DNA of 62,957 nucleotides, filler included, from Octopus bimaculoides (lineage: Eukaryota): the NCBI RefSeq assembly GCF_001194135.2. It is 6 parts of 6 records of this genome, joined end to end, with 100 filler letters (N's around TTAATTAATTAA, not from the genome) between each part and the next. Parts side by side here need not be neighbours in the genome. Positions count along the whole stretch, not along the records: positions 1 to 26,733 come from NC_068982.1; 5 more parts are not named here. One strand, 5' to 3'. The notes under the pieces are model-generated. The model was not told the DNA's origin. It searched no databases and was given only the letters and a program-made list of their open reading frames with translations. The translations under genes and the position numbers were made by a program. Within the stretch, counting starts at the first letter, position 1, and each line of letters begins with the position of its first letter. Shown in pieces: positions 1 to 13,743 of the stretch.

Positions 1-399
1 ATATATACATACATATATGCATACATATATGCATATATGCATATACATATATGCATCTATATATATATACACACATATATATATATATATATACACATAC
101 ATTCATATATGCACACATATATATATACATATATGTATGCATATACCTTTTTCTCTGTGTGTGTGTCTCTCTCTTCCCGTCCCTCTCATTCTTTAGTACC
201 TGTGATTTCTTTCCCCTCTCTCCTATTCCTTAGTCCCACTGCCCTATTCCACTCTTTCCTTCTCCGATCACGTGATCTCTGTCCGGTTAAGGCATCGTCG
301 TCCTTTTTCGACTAGCCGCCGTTCAAGCTGGTCACTTTCGTCTGCCCCTCCCCCGACTTGATCTGTTAAGATTTTTCCTTCTTGCCTTGCGCCAGCTTA

Positions 400-640
400 C
401 TACGTTCGTCTGATAATCGAAAGACCCTTTCTGTTATTGATTTACGTTGCAATTATTTTCCTTTTGTTGTATACCCGAAAGGCGTTTGTCTATTGTTTCT
501 ACATAATTCTCTTCCTGTTGCACTAACGCTACGCTCGTCTGATAGTCGAAAGATCCTTTCTGTTATTTATCTATTCGTATTTGTAAATATACAATTATTT
601 TTCGTCTGTTGTATAACCGAAAGGTGTTCTGTTGTGTGTG
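400..640. repeat. Two-copy 129-bp tandem duplication
   Basis: ctacgttcgtctgataatcgaaagac at 400 and ctacgctcgtctgatagtcgaaagat at 529, with matching downstream blocks. Confidence 0.8.
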
Positions 641-964
641 TATAATACTAGTTTTCTCGTTTTTGTTTCTGTTCTTGATTTTGTATACATTCGTTTGCTT
701 TTCCCGGAAGTTTAATGATTTTAGCTTAAGTCACTGATACCTGCTGGATTCGAATAGTCTCGGTATAAAGGGGTGCGAAACTATAATGACTTTCCAGAAA
801 CCGACTCAAAGATGGTCCGTGTATCTTGTTTCTGTCCTGTTTGCCGTTTGTTATGTTATCGTCTATTTTCCGATTGTTGTGTTTTGTTTGATTTCCGCTT
901 TTGTTCTTTTTGTCCTACCTTTGATTTATCTACGCGGTACACCGTACAACCTGTTGTTTACTTT

Positions 965-983
965 ATATATACATATATGTATA

Positions 984-1017
<34 letters not shown>

Positions 1018-1209
1018 CATACATACATATATATATATACGCACACATACATACATATATATATATATATACATACATATATACATACATATATATACAT
1101 ACTTACATATATAAATACATATATATATGCATATATATATGTATACATATATATATACCTATATATATTTATTTATACATATATATACCTATACATATAT
1201 ATATATGCT

Positions 1210-1274
<65 letters not shown>

Positions 1275-1358
1275 NNNNNNNNNNNNNNNNNNNNNNNNNN
1301 NNNNNNNNNNNNNNNNNNNNNNNNNNNNNNNNNNNNNNNNNNNNNNNNNNNNNNNNNN

Positions 1359-1412
<54 letters not shown>

Positions 1413-1680
1413 TACATACATATATATATATATGCATACATATATACATACATATATATACATACTTACATATATATATATATCCACATATATATACATA
1501 CATATATATATGCATATATATATGTATACATATATATATACCTATATATTTTTATTTATACATATATATACCTATACATATATATATATATATATGTTTA
1601 TATATATATATATTAACATGTATACATTCATGCATATGTATATATGGATATGTAGTATACATACACACACACACACGCTC
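965..1680. repeat. Compound (TA)n/(CATA)n microsatellite with N gap
   Basis: Direct reading. It is the source of the spurious IYIY ORFs. Confidence 0.95.
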
Positions 1681-2148
1681 ATACACACTCCTAGACATTT
1701 CCTCATTTCCTCCGCTACGGAAGACTTCATCGTCTCTGTTTCTCTCTTTGTATTACACACTCTCTCCATTTACTCATCATAAGCCTTCACCATCCGCATG
1801 TTCTCACGCACATGCTGACATACAAACTCACGAATAACCTGCAAAGGTCATAGGTATGCTACTTGTCCAGACTTAGGATGCACACACACTCACCCGCATA
1901 CACACACACACACACATAAATACACGCCCATACACACATACACACTCCAGTTACCAACTCAAGAATAAGTTAGATTATGGCTTGTGCTTCCGATTAGGAC
2001 TGTCTGCCTGATATAGGTAACAGATCTCGGATAAAGTGATAAAATAGCACCTTAGCTTTGACCTCGAAGATACGATGTAATCTAAGATCACGTGTCAAAT
2101 TAACGAATCCTTGCTTCCATCAGAAACATAACAAATTCACGCTGCAAA

Positions 2149-2192
<44 letters not shown>

Positions 2193-2836
2193 TTCGTATT
2201 TGTTGACATAAGTGACGCGCTTGTCTTATTTTTAAATGCATCAAAAAATTGCCGTCCATCTAATGCGGCTGTAGGTTAGGGATACTGAATGAACCTTCGC
2301 TTCCCCAGAATGCATGACCCATATCTGATATATCTTACGTTATTTTATTACTGGGTTACCTTTAAGAAACTTTTTGCTTTTTCATTATCTAAGTGAAATT
2401 TTCCACGGAAAATGAAAGGTATGCTAAACTTTCGTCAACCAAAATCATAGAGTTGGCGGCCTATTCTGGTGGCCGACCTTAGTGACGTAAAGCATCATAG
2501 TCAAATATGAGTTTTATATCCTGAATGGCAATTCTCTTGACTAAAGTATAAACAACTATCCACGTTACCTGAAAGAAGATAAAGCTGAGATACGGTACTT
2601 CTATACTATAGTTTATGATAAATTTATAGTTTCATACTTTATACAAGAATACTATCACAGCATAGTATACATTTTCCTGTACAACACCACTTCAAAATAT
2701 CTTTCGATAGGTATACAATAATACATCCTAAATTGTATATTTTCCCTACAAATTATGTTTATAAAATAAGGATGCGTCTTATGCGAGAATGTATCTTATA
2801 CGCCAGCATATACAGTATTATTTATCTTTTACTTAA

Positions 2837-3053
2837 GGTGGCGAGATGGCAGAATCGTTAGCACGCCGGGCAAAATGCTTAGCGGCATTTCGTCCGTCTT
2901 CACGTTCTGAGTTCAAATTCAGTCGAGGTCGACTTTCTTTTCATCCTTTCGGTGTCGATAAAATGAATACCAGTTGAACAATGGGGGTCGATGTAATCGA
3001 CTCATCCCCTCCCCCCAAATTGCTGCCCTTGCGGTAAAAGTTGAAACCATTAT
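2837..3053 (+). mobile_element. tRNA-derived SINE family A (Meta-domain-like core)
   Basis: GGCGAGATGGCAGAATCGTTAGC head, GAGTTCAAATT B-box and a GTCGACTTT..TTTCATCCTTTCGG.GTCGATAAAA..TACCAG core. Confidence 0.85.
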
Positions 3054-3060
3054 TTATCTT

Positions 3061-3430
3061 ATACTTGTTTCAGTCACCAGACTGCGGCGATGCTGGAGCA
3101 ACGCCTTAAAGAATTTTAGTCGATTGAATCGACCCCAGTACTTATTTTTTAAGCCTAGTACTTATTCTCTAGGGGTCTTTTGTTGAACCGCTAAGTTACG
3201 GGGACGTAAACACATCAACACTAGTTCTCAAGCGGTGGTAGGGCATACAGACACAAAGACACATACCCCTCCCCATATATATGTATGTGTGTGTGTGTGT
3301 TTCAATTTCTAAAATTCACCCACAAGGCTTTGGTCGGTCCGAGACTATAGTAGAAGACACTTGCCCAAGGTGCCAGGGAACCATGTAGTTGGGAAGCAAT
3401 CTTCTTTCCACACAGCTACGTCTGCGCTTG
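3061..3430 (-). mobile_element. SINE family B
   Basis: Reverse complement of the family B 3' half and head. Confidence 0.85.
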
Positions 3431-3713
3431 TATATACATTTACAAAAATTTTTAGAAACATTTCTTAATACAATCACAATATTTGAAAGTAAGATTTAGG
3501 ATTTTCTTAAATTAAAAAGTATTAGCCTAATTTCAAAACAAATATCAGATTAATAAAGAGCTGCTTAAAAAATTATTTTTATATAATTAATAATCTAAGA
3601 AAATATATATATATTTTTTTTAACACTATACGTCTTTAAATCTTTACAGGGATCTTTCCTAAATGAAAAACCACAGTTCCTGGTGTCTTATCAAAATACA
3701 TTAAGTATATGAG

Positions 3714-4230
3714 ATTGGTCTCAAATTTTGGCACAAGCCCCAACAATTTCAGTGGGCACAAACCCCAGCAATTTAATTGGTACTTATTACATCGATAACG
3801 AAAAGATAGAGATCAAAGTCGACCTCGGCGAAATTTGAATACAGAACCTCAGGGTTCAATTGGTCCTTATTTTATCGGCCCGGAAAGGATAAAAGGCAAA
3901 ATCAACCTCGGTGAAATATGAACTCAGAACGTAAAGACGGACAAAATATCGCTAAGCATTTTGCCCACCGCGGTAACGATTCTACCAGCCGTCGCTTTAT
4001 TTAAGCATATGATATTGATTTCAAGTTCTCGCACAAGGCCAGCAGTTTCGGGGGAGGGTACAAGTCGAAGACATCGACCTCAGTGTTCAATTGGTCCTTA
4101 TTTTATCGGCTCCGAAAGCATAAAAGGCAAAATCGACCTCGGTGAAATATGAAGTCAGAACGTAAAGACGGACAAAATATCGCTAAGCATTTTGCCCGGC
4201 GCAGTAACAATTCTGTCAGCTCGTCGCCTT
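3714..4230 (-). mobile_element. Head-to-tail array of three family A SINE copies
   Basis: 3844-4020 and 4077-4250 share diagnostic variants and the flank tatttaag.atatgatattgat. Confidence 0.85.
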
Positions 4231-4689
4231 ATTTAAGAATATGATATTGATAATGCTTGCATTATTGAGTTGCTTCTAACACAATTTCATTTTATTTTAC
4301 TTATGCAGACGCTTTGCAAATCAGCAATCATTCTTTACACTATTAATATATTCTTCGGACTGGCAATTTCGATTTCGTTTCGAAAGTAAGGCGAGTGTGC
4401 GGCAGTGACAAGCAGCAAAATGCAGAGAAATACCGCTGTCACTCTCATTCACTTACGGAACGGTTTCGTTTCGCCTCGCTTTCAAGTATACTTTTTTTTT
4501 TGGTTTTTTAATACGATACGTTTTTAAAGGCAAGAACTTCAGCTCCGGACGTTTTAACAACACACATTCATTAAGTACGTGTTATAGAAAATGTATCCGA
4601 GACGAAAGTGATAATGTATCAGCACCGAGACGAAAACCTCAGCTCCTGACGTTTTAACAACACACATACATTAAGTACTTGATAAGATA

Positions 4690-4770
<81 letters not shown>

Positions 4771-5189
4771 TGTGTGTGTGTGTGTGTTTGTCTCGCACCA
4801 TCAATTGACAGCAGATGTTGGTGTTTCCATCCCGGTTTGGTATATAAGACCAATAGAATAAGCACCAGACTTAAAAATATAAGTACTGGGATCGATTCAT
4901 TCGACTAAAAGTTTTTCAAGGCGGTGCCCCAGCATGACCGCAGTCTAATGACTAAAACAAGCATAAGAACACTAATATATCAATGCTAATACATGTATAA
5001 TACTTTATCGCGTAATAGATCGTTATTAGGTTCTTTATTTTAGTTTGTGGATCTGTTTTGTTGATGAAAGGCGAAGTTGACTTCGGCGGAATTTACACTC
5101 AGGGAAGCCAGAACAAATGCCTTAAGACATTATACTTAATACTCTAACGACTGCCAATTCACCGCCTCATACATGCATACATACACACC

Positions 5190-5222
<33 letters not shown>

Positions 5223-5542
5223 CGAGTTTAAATGCTCCATTCTCCGTAAGGGCACTGGGTAATTTCTTTCGCTTAATTGCATTTCATATCAATGGAACAC
5301 TGGAATGTTGGCATACTCGCCTCTTTACATACATACATAATACATACATACACACATACATACATATGTATATATATGTTTATATATATATATACATACA
5401 TATATATATACACACACATATATATATGATGTAATATATATTTACAAATATATATATAAAACATGAGATATACACATGTATATATATCTATATATATATG
5501 ATGTAATAAAAATGTAATATAAATACATGTATATAAAACATG

Positions 5543-5606
<64 letters not shown>

Positions 5607-5887
5607 ACATATAGTACATGTATGTGTGCGTGTGCATGTGTGTATACTGTGGAAAAATATCTGAAAGGAGCGTTTTGCATATTTATTAGTTTGTTTATTT
5701 ATTATTTTATTTAGATTTTAAGCACCCCAAGGAGCTTTCGTCTGCCATTTTCAGGGATAATTTCACTGTACAGAAGATTCTACACGCATTATATAATATG
5801 AGATTCTACCATGTTCACTCATGCATATCAGAATGTGTACATTAATATATGTCTGGATGTAGAATTCATAAGTTTAAGTATTACATA

Positions 5888-6104
5888 ATTCTAAGTTTGA
5901 CACGGGACTGGCAATTTTAGGGAGAGGGAAGCTAGTCGATTACATTGACCCCAATGTTCAATTGATACTAATTTTACCGTCCCAGAAAGGATGAAAAGTA
6001 ATGTCGACCTCGGTAGAATTTGAATTCGGGATGCAAAGAGCCGGAAGAAATACTGCTAGGCATTACTGTCCGACGCGCAAACGAGTCTGCCAGCTCGCTG
6101 CCTT
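5888..6104 (-). mobile_element. SINE family A
   Basis: Reverse complement of the family A consensus, ending ...ctgccagctcgctgcctt. Confidence 0.85.
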
Positions 6105-6314
6105 ATAAGAAATTCTGAATTGTTAAAACAGATTGGAATATTCCTGCTAACGTTGTTTATATTGTATTTGTTGAATATAAAACATTGATTATTGTGATTT
6201 GCTGATGTGAGTTGTTTGAATTATCGTAGATATATTTCACTAGTGATCGATCAATTATTGAATATTCTAACAAGAATCTTTTGATAAAGTATTGCTTATC
6301 TTTTAAAGAAATAG

Positions 6315-6953
<639 letters not shown>

Positions 6954-7249
6954 GAAATCTTTCGTCTACAGTAAAGTACATGTACTTCATTGTCTTTGTA
7001 AGTAAATTCTACAGAATTGAAAGTATTCTAGGTGGACCATGTTTTCGATTTCAGTTTCAATTTCAGCTTGAAACCAATTTACATGTCTTACAAAGTTCAT
7101 GTTGCAGAGATAGACATGATTATCACACAGTTCGGTTTTTTTATCAACTATAAATCTTAATCTAAGTATCCCCCTTCACTCTGTTCTTCTAAGTGATCGT
7201 GTGTGTGTATGTATGTATGTATGTATGTATGTATGTATGTATGTACGTA

Positions 7250-7280
<31 letters not shown>

Positions 7281-7723
7281 ATGTATGTATGTATGTATGT
7301 ATGTTTGTATGTATGTATGTATGTATGAAGGAGATCATGAGTGTGTGTGTGTGTGTAATAGTATTCTCGTCACTGAAATCACACGGTAAACTTCGGTGAA
7401 CCGAGTCTGCGCACTGGTTTCAAATTTTACTTGGTATCACCTCATTACCCTTCCGTTGCCAATGTCTTTCGTAGAAAAATAATCGCCTCAGTTACATATT
7501 CCCACACTTAATAGATTAAAAGACGCCAGAAAACAAATACAAGTACAAAATAAAAAAAAAACAAAAACAAAAACCATAAAAGCTAAAACAAAAATCAAAA
7601 GACTTTATGTTCGCACGAACCAAATATGATGCCTTCACATGGAGACTCGACTTACTAGAAATAACAACTAAATTTCCATAAAATCATAAAAATCGTTATA
7701 TCGTTTTTTAAAAGTAAGGAAAT

Positions 7724-7897
7724 ATTGGTTTCGAATTTCGAGCCTGCAATTTCAGGGGAGGAGCTAAGTCGATTACATCGACCCTAGTGCTCAGCAGGTA
7801 CGACCCCGACGGAATTTGAACTCAGAACGTAAGGACGGTCGCAATGCCGCTAATCATTTCGCACAGCGTACTAATGATTCTACTAGCTTACAGCCTC
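7724..7897 (-). mobile_element. SINE family A (internally deleted)
   Basis: gtcgattacatcgaccctagtg...aatttgaactcagaacgtaag motifs. Confidence 0.8.
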
Positions 7898-8857
7898 AAA
7901 GGAAGGAAATATTGAATAAAGACGGGATGGTCATAGTTGGAGCGCCCTTCATCATAGATGTGTTTATTCAGAGCTCACTTAGGATTAAGCAAGTTCAGCA
8001 ACAAAAACAGCAACATTTTGTTCGCCCTGGCGCTTCAATAGATCTTTTGGTAAATCGATAAATCTTTGGGTAAATCAAACAATGTCTAATAAATCAACAG
8101 ATGTATGGTTCATTTTTCAAGTAGATTGAAAGTATTGCTGTTATATCACTGGGCAAGGAGATACTGAAATTTATAGCTGTTCAGTAAAAAAGGGAGCCAT
8201 AAGAACAAATTCAAATTATTGTCCTACCTGTGTTGGTGCAATTCGTTGTAATCGAAAATGTAGTTGCTTCTATGTCGCTTATACTGTTTCTTAATTTTTC
8301 CAGAAGTTAACTGACAGAAGTTTATATATGACTGATGGGTCGATAGAATATCTAAGCAGTCACTTAGCAGGGCATCATCCGAATGTAAAAGAAATTCCTC
8401 CACATCACGAAATTTGAATTTATATAGACGTATTATCGATGTCGAAAATTAGATGGATAGATGAATAGATTTAGTGAAAGAAAGAGAAAGAGGAAGATAG
8501 GCAGACAGGTAGATAGATATATAGATAGATATATAGATAGATAGATAAAGAGAACCGAGGTAGGAGTAAATACATTAACTAAGAGAGACTCAATATTTCA
8601 AAATAAATATTTTTTTCGGCTCATCAGAGCAATGTTGCATTACAGATAAACCAATGATCTAAAGTGGAATTTAATGTCTAGAAAGTCATGGCAACATTGC
8701 GTAGTCATTTGGCAGGAAATTGATAACTAGTGGAACGGAGTGTTTTATTCGTGATAAAAGTAATTTATATTTCCTTAGACTCAAAATGGTGGCGCAGTCA
8801 TCACAGTCATTTAAACAGCAACGACAACAAATACAATATCAATATCAGTGAGAAGAA

Positions 8858-8888
<31 letters not shown>

Positions 8889-9929
8889 CGCAACAGTTAC
8901 ATTCAAACCCATCGATCGTTCGAGTGGTATCGTAACTAGAACAGGTTCTATTCGTATATATTATCTCAGTTGACCAACAGATTTGAAAACATTAATGACC
9001 CGTAGACCGGTTGCTTCTCTGTAAGATAAGCAAGGAACGACGTCTCAAATGACACATGGCTCATTAAAGCTAGAAGCTTCGTTTGACTTGCCGTTCTTAT
9101 TTCGTTCGTATCTATTCTTTTTAAAGCGCAATTTCCTTATTGCAGGCAAACGTGAGTCCCCGTGACATCATGGACCTTTTTTTGTTTGCTTTGTTGTATA
9201 TTCTCCATTAATAGACTTTCGTTGCAGTTATATGTATTTCTTCTATCACGTCATTCTTTATTTGATAGACGAAACTTTGTATGGTCTTTCCTCAAGTAAT
9301 TGATATCAAACTTTACATTTGAATACAATACTTTGCTTACTTCACTCTCCAACTGTTTTGTTGCTGTTACAGTTTTGAGGTAATTTAGATGCTTTTTTTT
9401 TTCCAAGCCATATAATTTGCGGATGTCAATGAAATGCTATAAACAGTCAATTTTCAGCTTGATTCGCATGACTTCATAGAATCAACAGAATTGGCCAGAT
9501 ACACGAAGTTGAATCATTGTAGTTATGATGTAGATGAGGCCATTATAACGAGTTGGAAGGAAATATTTTTGTTTTCATCATAAAAAATGCCCCCAGAAAA
9601 CACTTCTAGATTTAAATTTATTTGTTCGAGATTCGTGACAGACAAAGAAAAAAAAGCTAAATCTGTTTTAAGAAAACTCGAATACATTTGTGAAAATTGA
9701 CGAAGTAAAGAGTAAAGCAAAAATGAAAGTGATTTATAAAAGAATAAATGAAGTTTAATGGGACAATCACCATTTTTATCTATCATAAATAATGTAAATG
9801 TTGACATTGAGTTGATAAAATTGTTAACGCGTCGTATAGAACACTTTAAAAGGCTATTTTTTTTTCTGGCTCTCTTAGTATTAAGTTCAAATCATTCCGG
9901 AGTCATTTCATCCTTCCGAGTTAGCTAAA

Positions 9930-10258
9930 TAAAGCGAGTCTATTCTTATCCCAGTGTTTCACTTTCGTAATAGTCTACGATGTGACCTGCCGTGGTAGAA
10001 GGAGAAGAGGGTTGAGCGAGGATCGAAAACAAACCAACGCTGTTGTCAAGCTTTTGGAGGGGCGGAGAAGACACACACACACACACACAGATATACGACA
10101 GGCTTCAGTACAGTTTCCGTTTATCAGATTCGCTCACAGGGCAACTGTCAGTACGAGATTATAGTAGGAGACACTCGGCCAAGGTACTACGAACTGGGAT
10201 TGAACCCGATACCATGTGGTTGCAAGAGCCATATTATTAACCAGCAGCCATGGCTGCG
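9930..10258 (-). mobile_element. SINE family B (diverged)
   Basis: acgacaggcttc..cagtttccgt..tatagtaggagacac..gggattgaaccc..accatgtggtt. Confidence 0.7.
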
Positions 10259-10396
10259 GTTTTTCTTTTAGTCTTTTTTCTTCTATTCATTTGCTGATTT
10301 CAGTTACTGGACAGTGGTCCAGTATTCTCGTCAAAAGTGGTCCAATTTTCCCCTAAATATTATTGCAGAGACCTTCTATATTTCTAACTGGATATT

Positions 10397-10471
<75 letters not shown>

Positions 10472-10754
10472 CCTCTGTTTTCCGACCATATATCCTTAGA
10501 TATCGTGCAAGTGTTCACTTGTCAACAAGGCAGGATGAATTTAGCGAGTTGGCAAATCTATTTTGTTTAGTTGAAAAAGTGTTCAAGTTACCAAATAGTT
10601 GTGGGGTTGAGGTGGGGCTTGTCAGATTTGGAATGCACCGCTAAGCGATGAAATACGAAGAATATTAATGACATTACACCCACCATGTATACGCGCACAC
10701 GTGCATGCATTGGCAGTATGTATGTATATGTGATTTGTGTACAACACATGCACA

Positions 10755-10815
<61 letters not shown>

Positions 10816-11600
10816 NNNNNNNNNNNNNNNNNNNNNNNNNNNNNNNNNNNNNNNNNNNNNNNNNNNNNNNNNNNNNNNNNNNNNNNNNNNNNNNNNNNNN
10901 NNNNNNNNNNNNNNNNNNNNNNNNNNNNNNNNNNNNNNNNNNNNNNNNNNNNNNNNNNNNNNNNNNNNNNNNNNNNNNNNNNNNNNNNNNNNNNNNNNNN
11001 NNNNNNNNNNNNNNNNNNNNNNNNNNNNNNNNNNNNNNNNNNNNNNNNNNNNNNNNNNNNNNNNNNNNNNNNNNNNNNNNNNNNNNNNNNNNNNNNNNNN
11101 NNNNNNNNNNNNNNNNNNNNNNNNNNNNNNNNNNNNNNNNNNNNNNNNNNNNNNNNNNNNNNNNNNNNNNNNNNNNNNNNNNNNNNNNNNNNNNNNNNNN
11201 NNNNNNNNNNNNNNNNNNNNNNNNNNNNNNNNNNNNNNNNNNNNNNNNNNNNNNNNNNNNNNNNNNNNNNNNNNNNNNNNNNNNNNNNNNNNNNNNNNNN
11301 NNNNNNNNNNNNNNNNNNNNNNNNNNNNNNNNNNNNNNNNNNNNNNNNNNNNNNNNNNNNNNNNNNNNNNNNNNNNNNNNNNNNNNNNNNNNNNNNNNNN
11401 NNNNNNNNNNNNNNNNNNNNNNNNNNNNNNNNNNNNNNNNNNNNNNNNNNNNNNNNNNNNNNNNNNNNNNNNNNNNNNNNNNNNNNNNNNNNNNNNNNNN
11501 ATATATTAGATATATCAAACATTTCTCTTCATTGTAATTTTGTTTGTAAACATTTTTAGAGAAACATTTGTCTTCGTTTAGTGGATTTATTGAGAATTAG

Positions 11601-11654
<54 letters not shown>

Positions 11655-11961
11655 CACACACTCATACGCACACGCATATACATACATGTACACACGCTCA
11701 CTCATACACACACATACATATACAGATATATACTCACCTCTTCACCCGCACATTATATTTCTTTTTATTGTAATTTTATTTACAAATATTTTTAGAGAAA
11801 CATTTGTCTTCATTTAGTGGATTATTAAGAATTAGTTTAGGCTACAACACGATGATGTAACCAGCTGCAGATGTTAAGACTTTTTAGAAAAGGGCTTATC
11901 CAGATTTCTTTCAAATAAATATCTGAGAAGAAATCTACGAATAAAAATTAAATTTCTTGCG

Positions 11962-11977
11962 ATTATTATTATTATTA

Positions 11978-12029
<52 letters not shown>

Positions 12030-12049
12030 CATCATTATTATCATTATTA

Positions 12050-12089
<40 letters not shown>

Positions 12090-12145
12090 CATTATTATCA
12101 TTATTATTATTATCATTATTATTATTATTATTATTATCGTTATTA
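11962..12145. repeat. (ATT)n/(ATC)n trinucleotide tract
   Basis: Direct reading. Confidence 0.95.
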
Positions 12146-12274
12146 GTAGTAGTAGTTGTAGGTGTAGTAGGAGTAGAGAGGTGGTAATAGAAGTGGTTCT
12201 CGAGAGGTAAAAGTGGTAAGTACTAGATGTGGTGGGGTGGTAGTAGTAGTAGTAGACGTGGAGATAATAGTAGT

Positions 12275-12495
12275 GCAAGTGATGGCTTCGCTGGAGGAAA
12301 TGCTCAGCGGTAATTCACCCACAGCGGTATTTCGACCATCGTTACGTTCTGAGTTGAAATTCCGCCGAGGTCGACTTTGCCTTTCATCCTTTCGGGGGTC
12401 GATTAAATAAGTACTAGTTACGCACTGGGGTCGATGTAATCGACTGAGCTCCTCCTCTAAACATGCTGGTCTTATGCCAAAATTTGAAACCAAAA
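12275..12495 (+). mobile_element. SINE family A
   Basis: ccgccgaggtcgactttgcctttcatcctttcgggggtcgattaaataagtac core. Confidence 0.85.
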
Positions 12496-12744
12496 TTATT
12501 ATTACAATTATTATTATTAGTAGTAGTCTTAGAGATGTTAGGTGGTAGTGGTTGTAGTAGTAGTATTAAGCACAGGTTCTTCAAGGGGAATTGTGTCTTT
12601 AAACCTTATTACAGACGCATACCTTGACATACGCGCACACACAGATATGCATACACACACGCGACACGGTTTGTCCGGATATTTGAATGACAATATGGTT
12701 TCAGACACGCTGAATTTTAAAATCACGTTTGATTCCTTTACTCT

Positions 12745-13060
12745 TTTACTCTTTTACTTGTTTCAGTCATTTGACTGCGGCCATGCTAAAGCACCGCCTT
12801 TAGTCGAGCAAATCGACCCCAGGACTTATTCTCTGTAAGCCTAGTACTTATTCTATCGGTCTCTTTTGCCGAACCGCTAATTACAGGGACATAAACACAC
12901 CATCATCGGTTGTCAAGCGATGGTGGGGGGACAAACACAGACACACAAACACACATACAAATATGTATACATATATACGACGGGCTTCTTACAGTTTCCG
13001 TCTACTAAATCCACTTACCCAAGGTGCCACGCAGTGGGACTGAACCCGGAACCATGTGGT
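12745..13060 (-). mobile_element. SINE family B (runs into gap)
   Basis: tcagtcatttgactgcggccatgct...gcagtgggactgaacccggaaccatgtggt. Confidence 0.88.
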
Positions 13061-13437
13061 NNNNNNNNNNNNNNNNNNNNNNNNNNNNNNNNNNNNNNNN
13101 NNNNNNNNNNNNNNNNNNNNNNNNNNNNNNNNNNNNNNNNNNNNNNNNNNNNNNNNNNNNNNNNNNNNNNNNNNNNNNNNNNNNNNNNNNNNNNNNNNNN
13201 NNNNNNNNNNTATATATATATATATATATATGAGAGGTACTGGTATCCAGAAGACCCAAGATGGCAGGCAAGGCTATGTAAGTGCTACAGAAGGACCGTA
13301 GTTAGACTCTCGGTTTGATAATAATACGAGTGAGGAGTCTAATGCAGGTCTTGTGTGAGCATGTATATGTTAAATAAAATGAAACAACAAAGCCAAGGCT
13401 GTGTGGAGTTTTTACGACATTTATAAAGAGAGAGTTA

Positions 13438-13485
13438 GTCTTAAAGCTGTTTCTGGAATATTAGGGATATCCCTTCATCAGAAAC
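13438..13485 (-). ncRNA. Type I hammerhead ribozyme motif (mirror copy, degenerate triplet)
   Basis: Reverse complement reads GTTT-CTGATGA-A-GGGATAT(CCCTA)ATATTCC-A-GAAAC-AGCT-TTA-AGAC. Confidence 0.55.
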
Positions 13486-13695
13486 GATATGAGAGAGTTA
13501 AATAGAGAGAAATGGTAGAGTTTAATATAAGGAGTTATTTTGGAAAAGGATGGATGTAGGAAGTATAAAGGGAAATAAAAGAATAAAAACAAAAATATTC
13601 TCTTATTTCCCATTATATTTCTTATATCCATCCTTTTCCAAAATAACTCCTTATATTGAACTCTACTATTTCCCCCTAGTTAACTCTCTCATATC

Positions 13696-13743
13696 GTCTC
13701 TGATGAAGGGATATCCCTAATATCCCAGAAACAGTTGTAAGAC
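13696..13743 (+). ncRNA. Type I hammerhead ribozyme motif
   Basis: GTCT-CTGATGA-A-GGGATAT(CCCTA)ATATCCC-A-GAAAC-AGTT-GTA-AGAC: stem I GTCT/AGAC, 7-bp stem II, GUA cleavage triplet. Confidence 0.7.

Noticed and set aside
8228-8420. Open frames of about 40 codons on both strands near splice-like sites
   Set aside because: Lengths are within chance expectation, the two strands conflict, and there is no homology.
8605-8630. CTGATGA-GCC-GAAA on the minus strand
   Set aside because: Only 3 nt lie between the core halves, with no stem II, III or I. Not a hammerhead.
9523-9807. 94-aa minus-strand ORF
   Set aside because: AT-rich composition, no motif and no flanking splice support.
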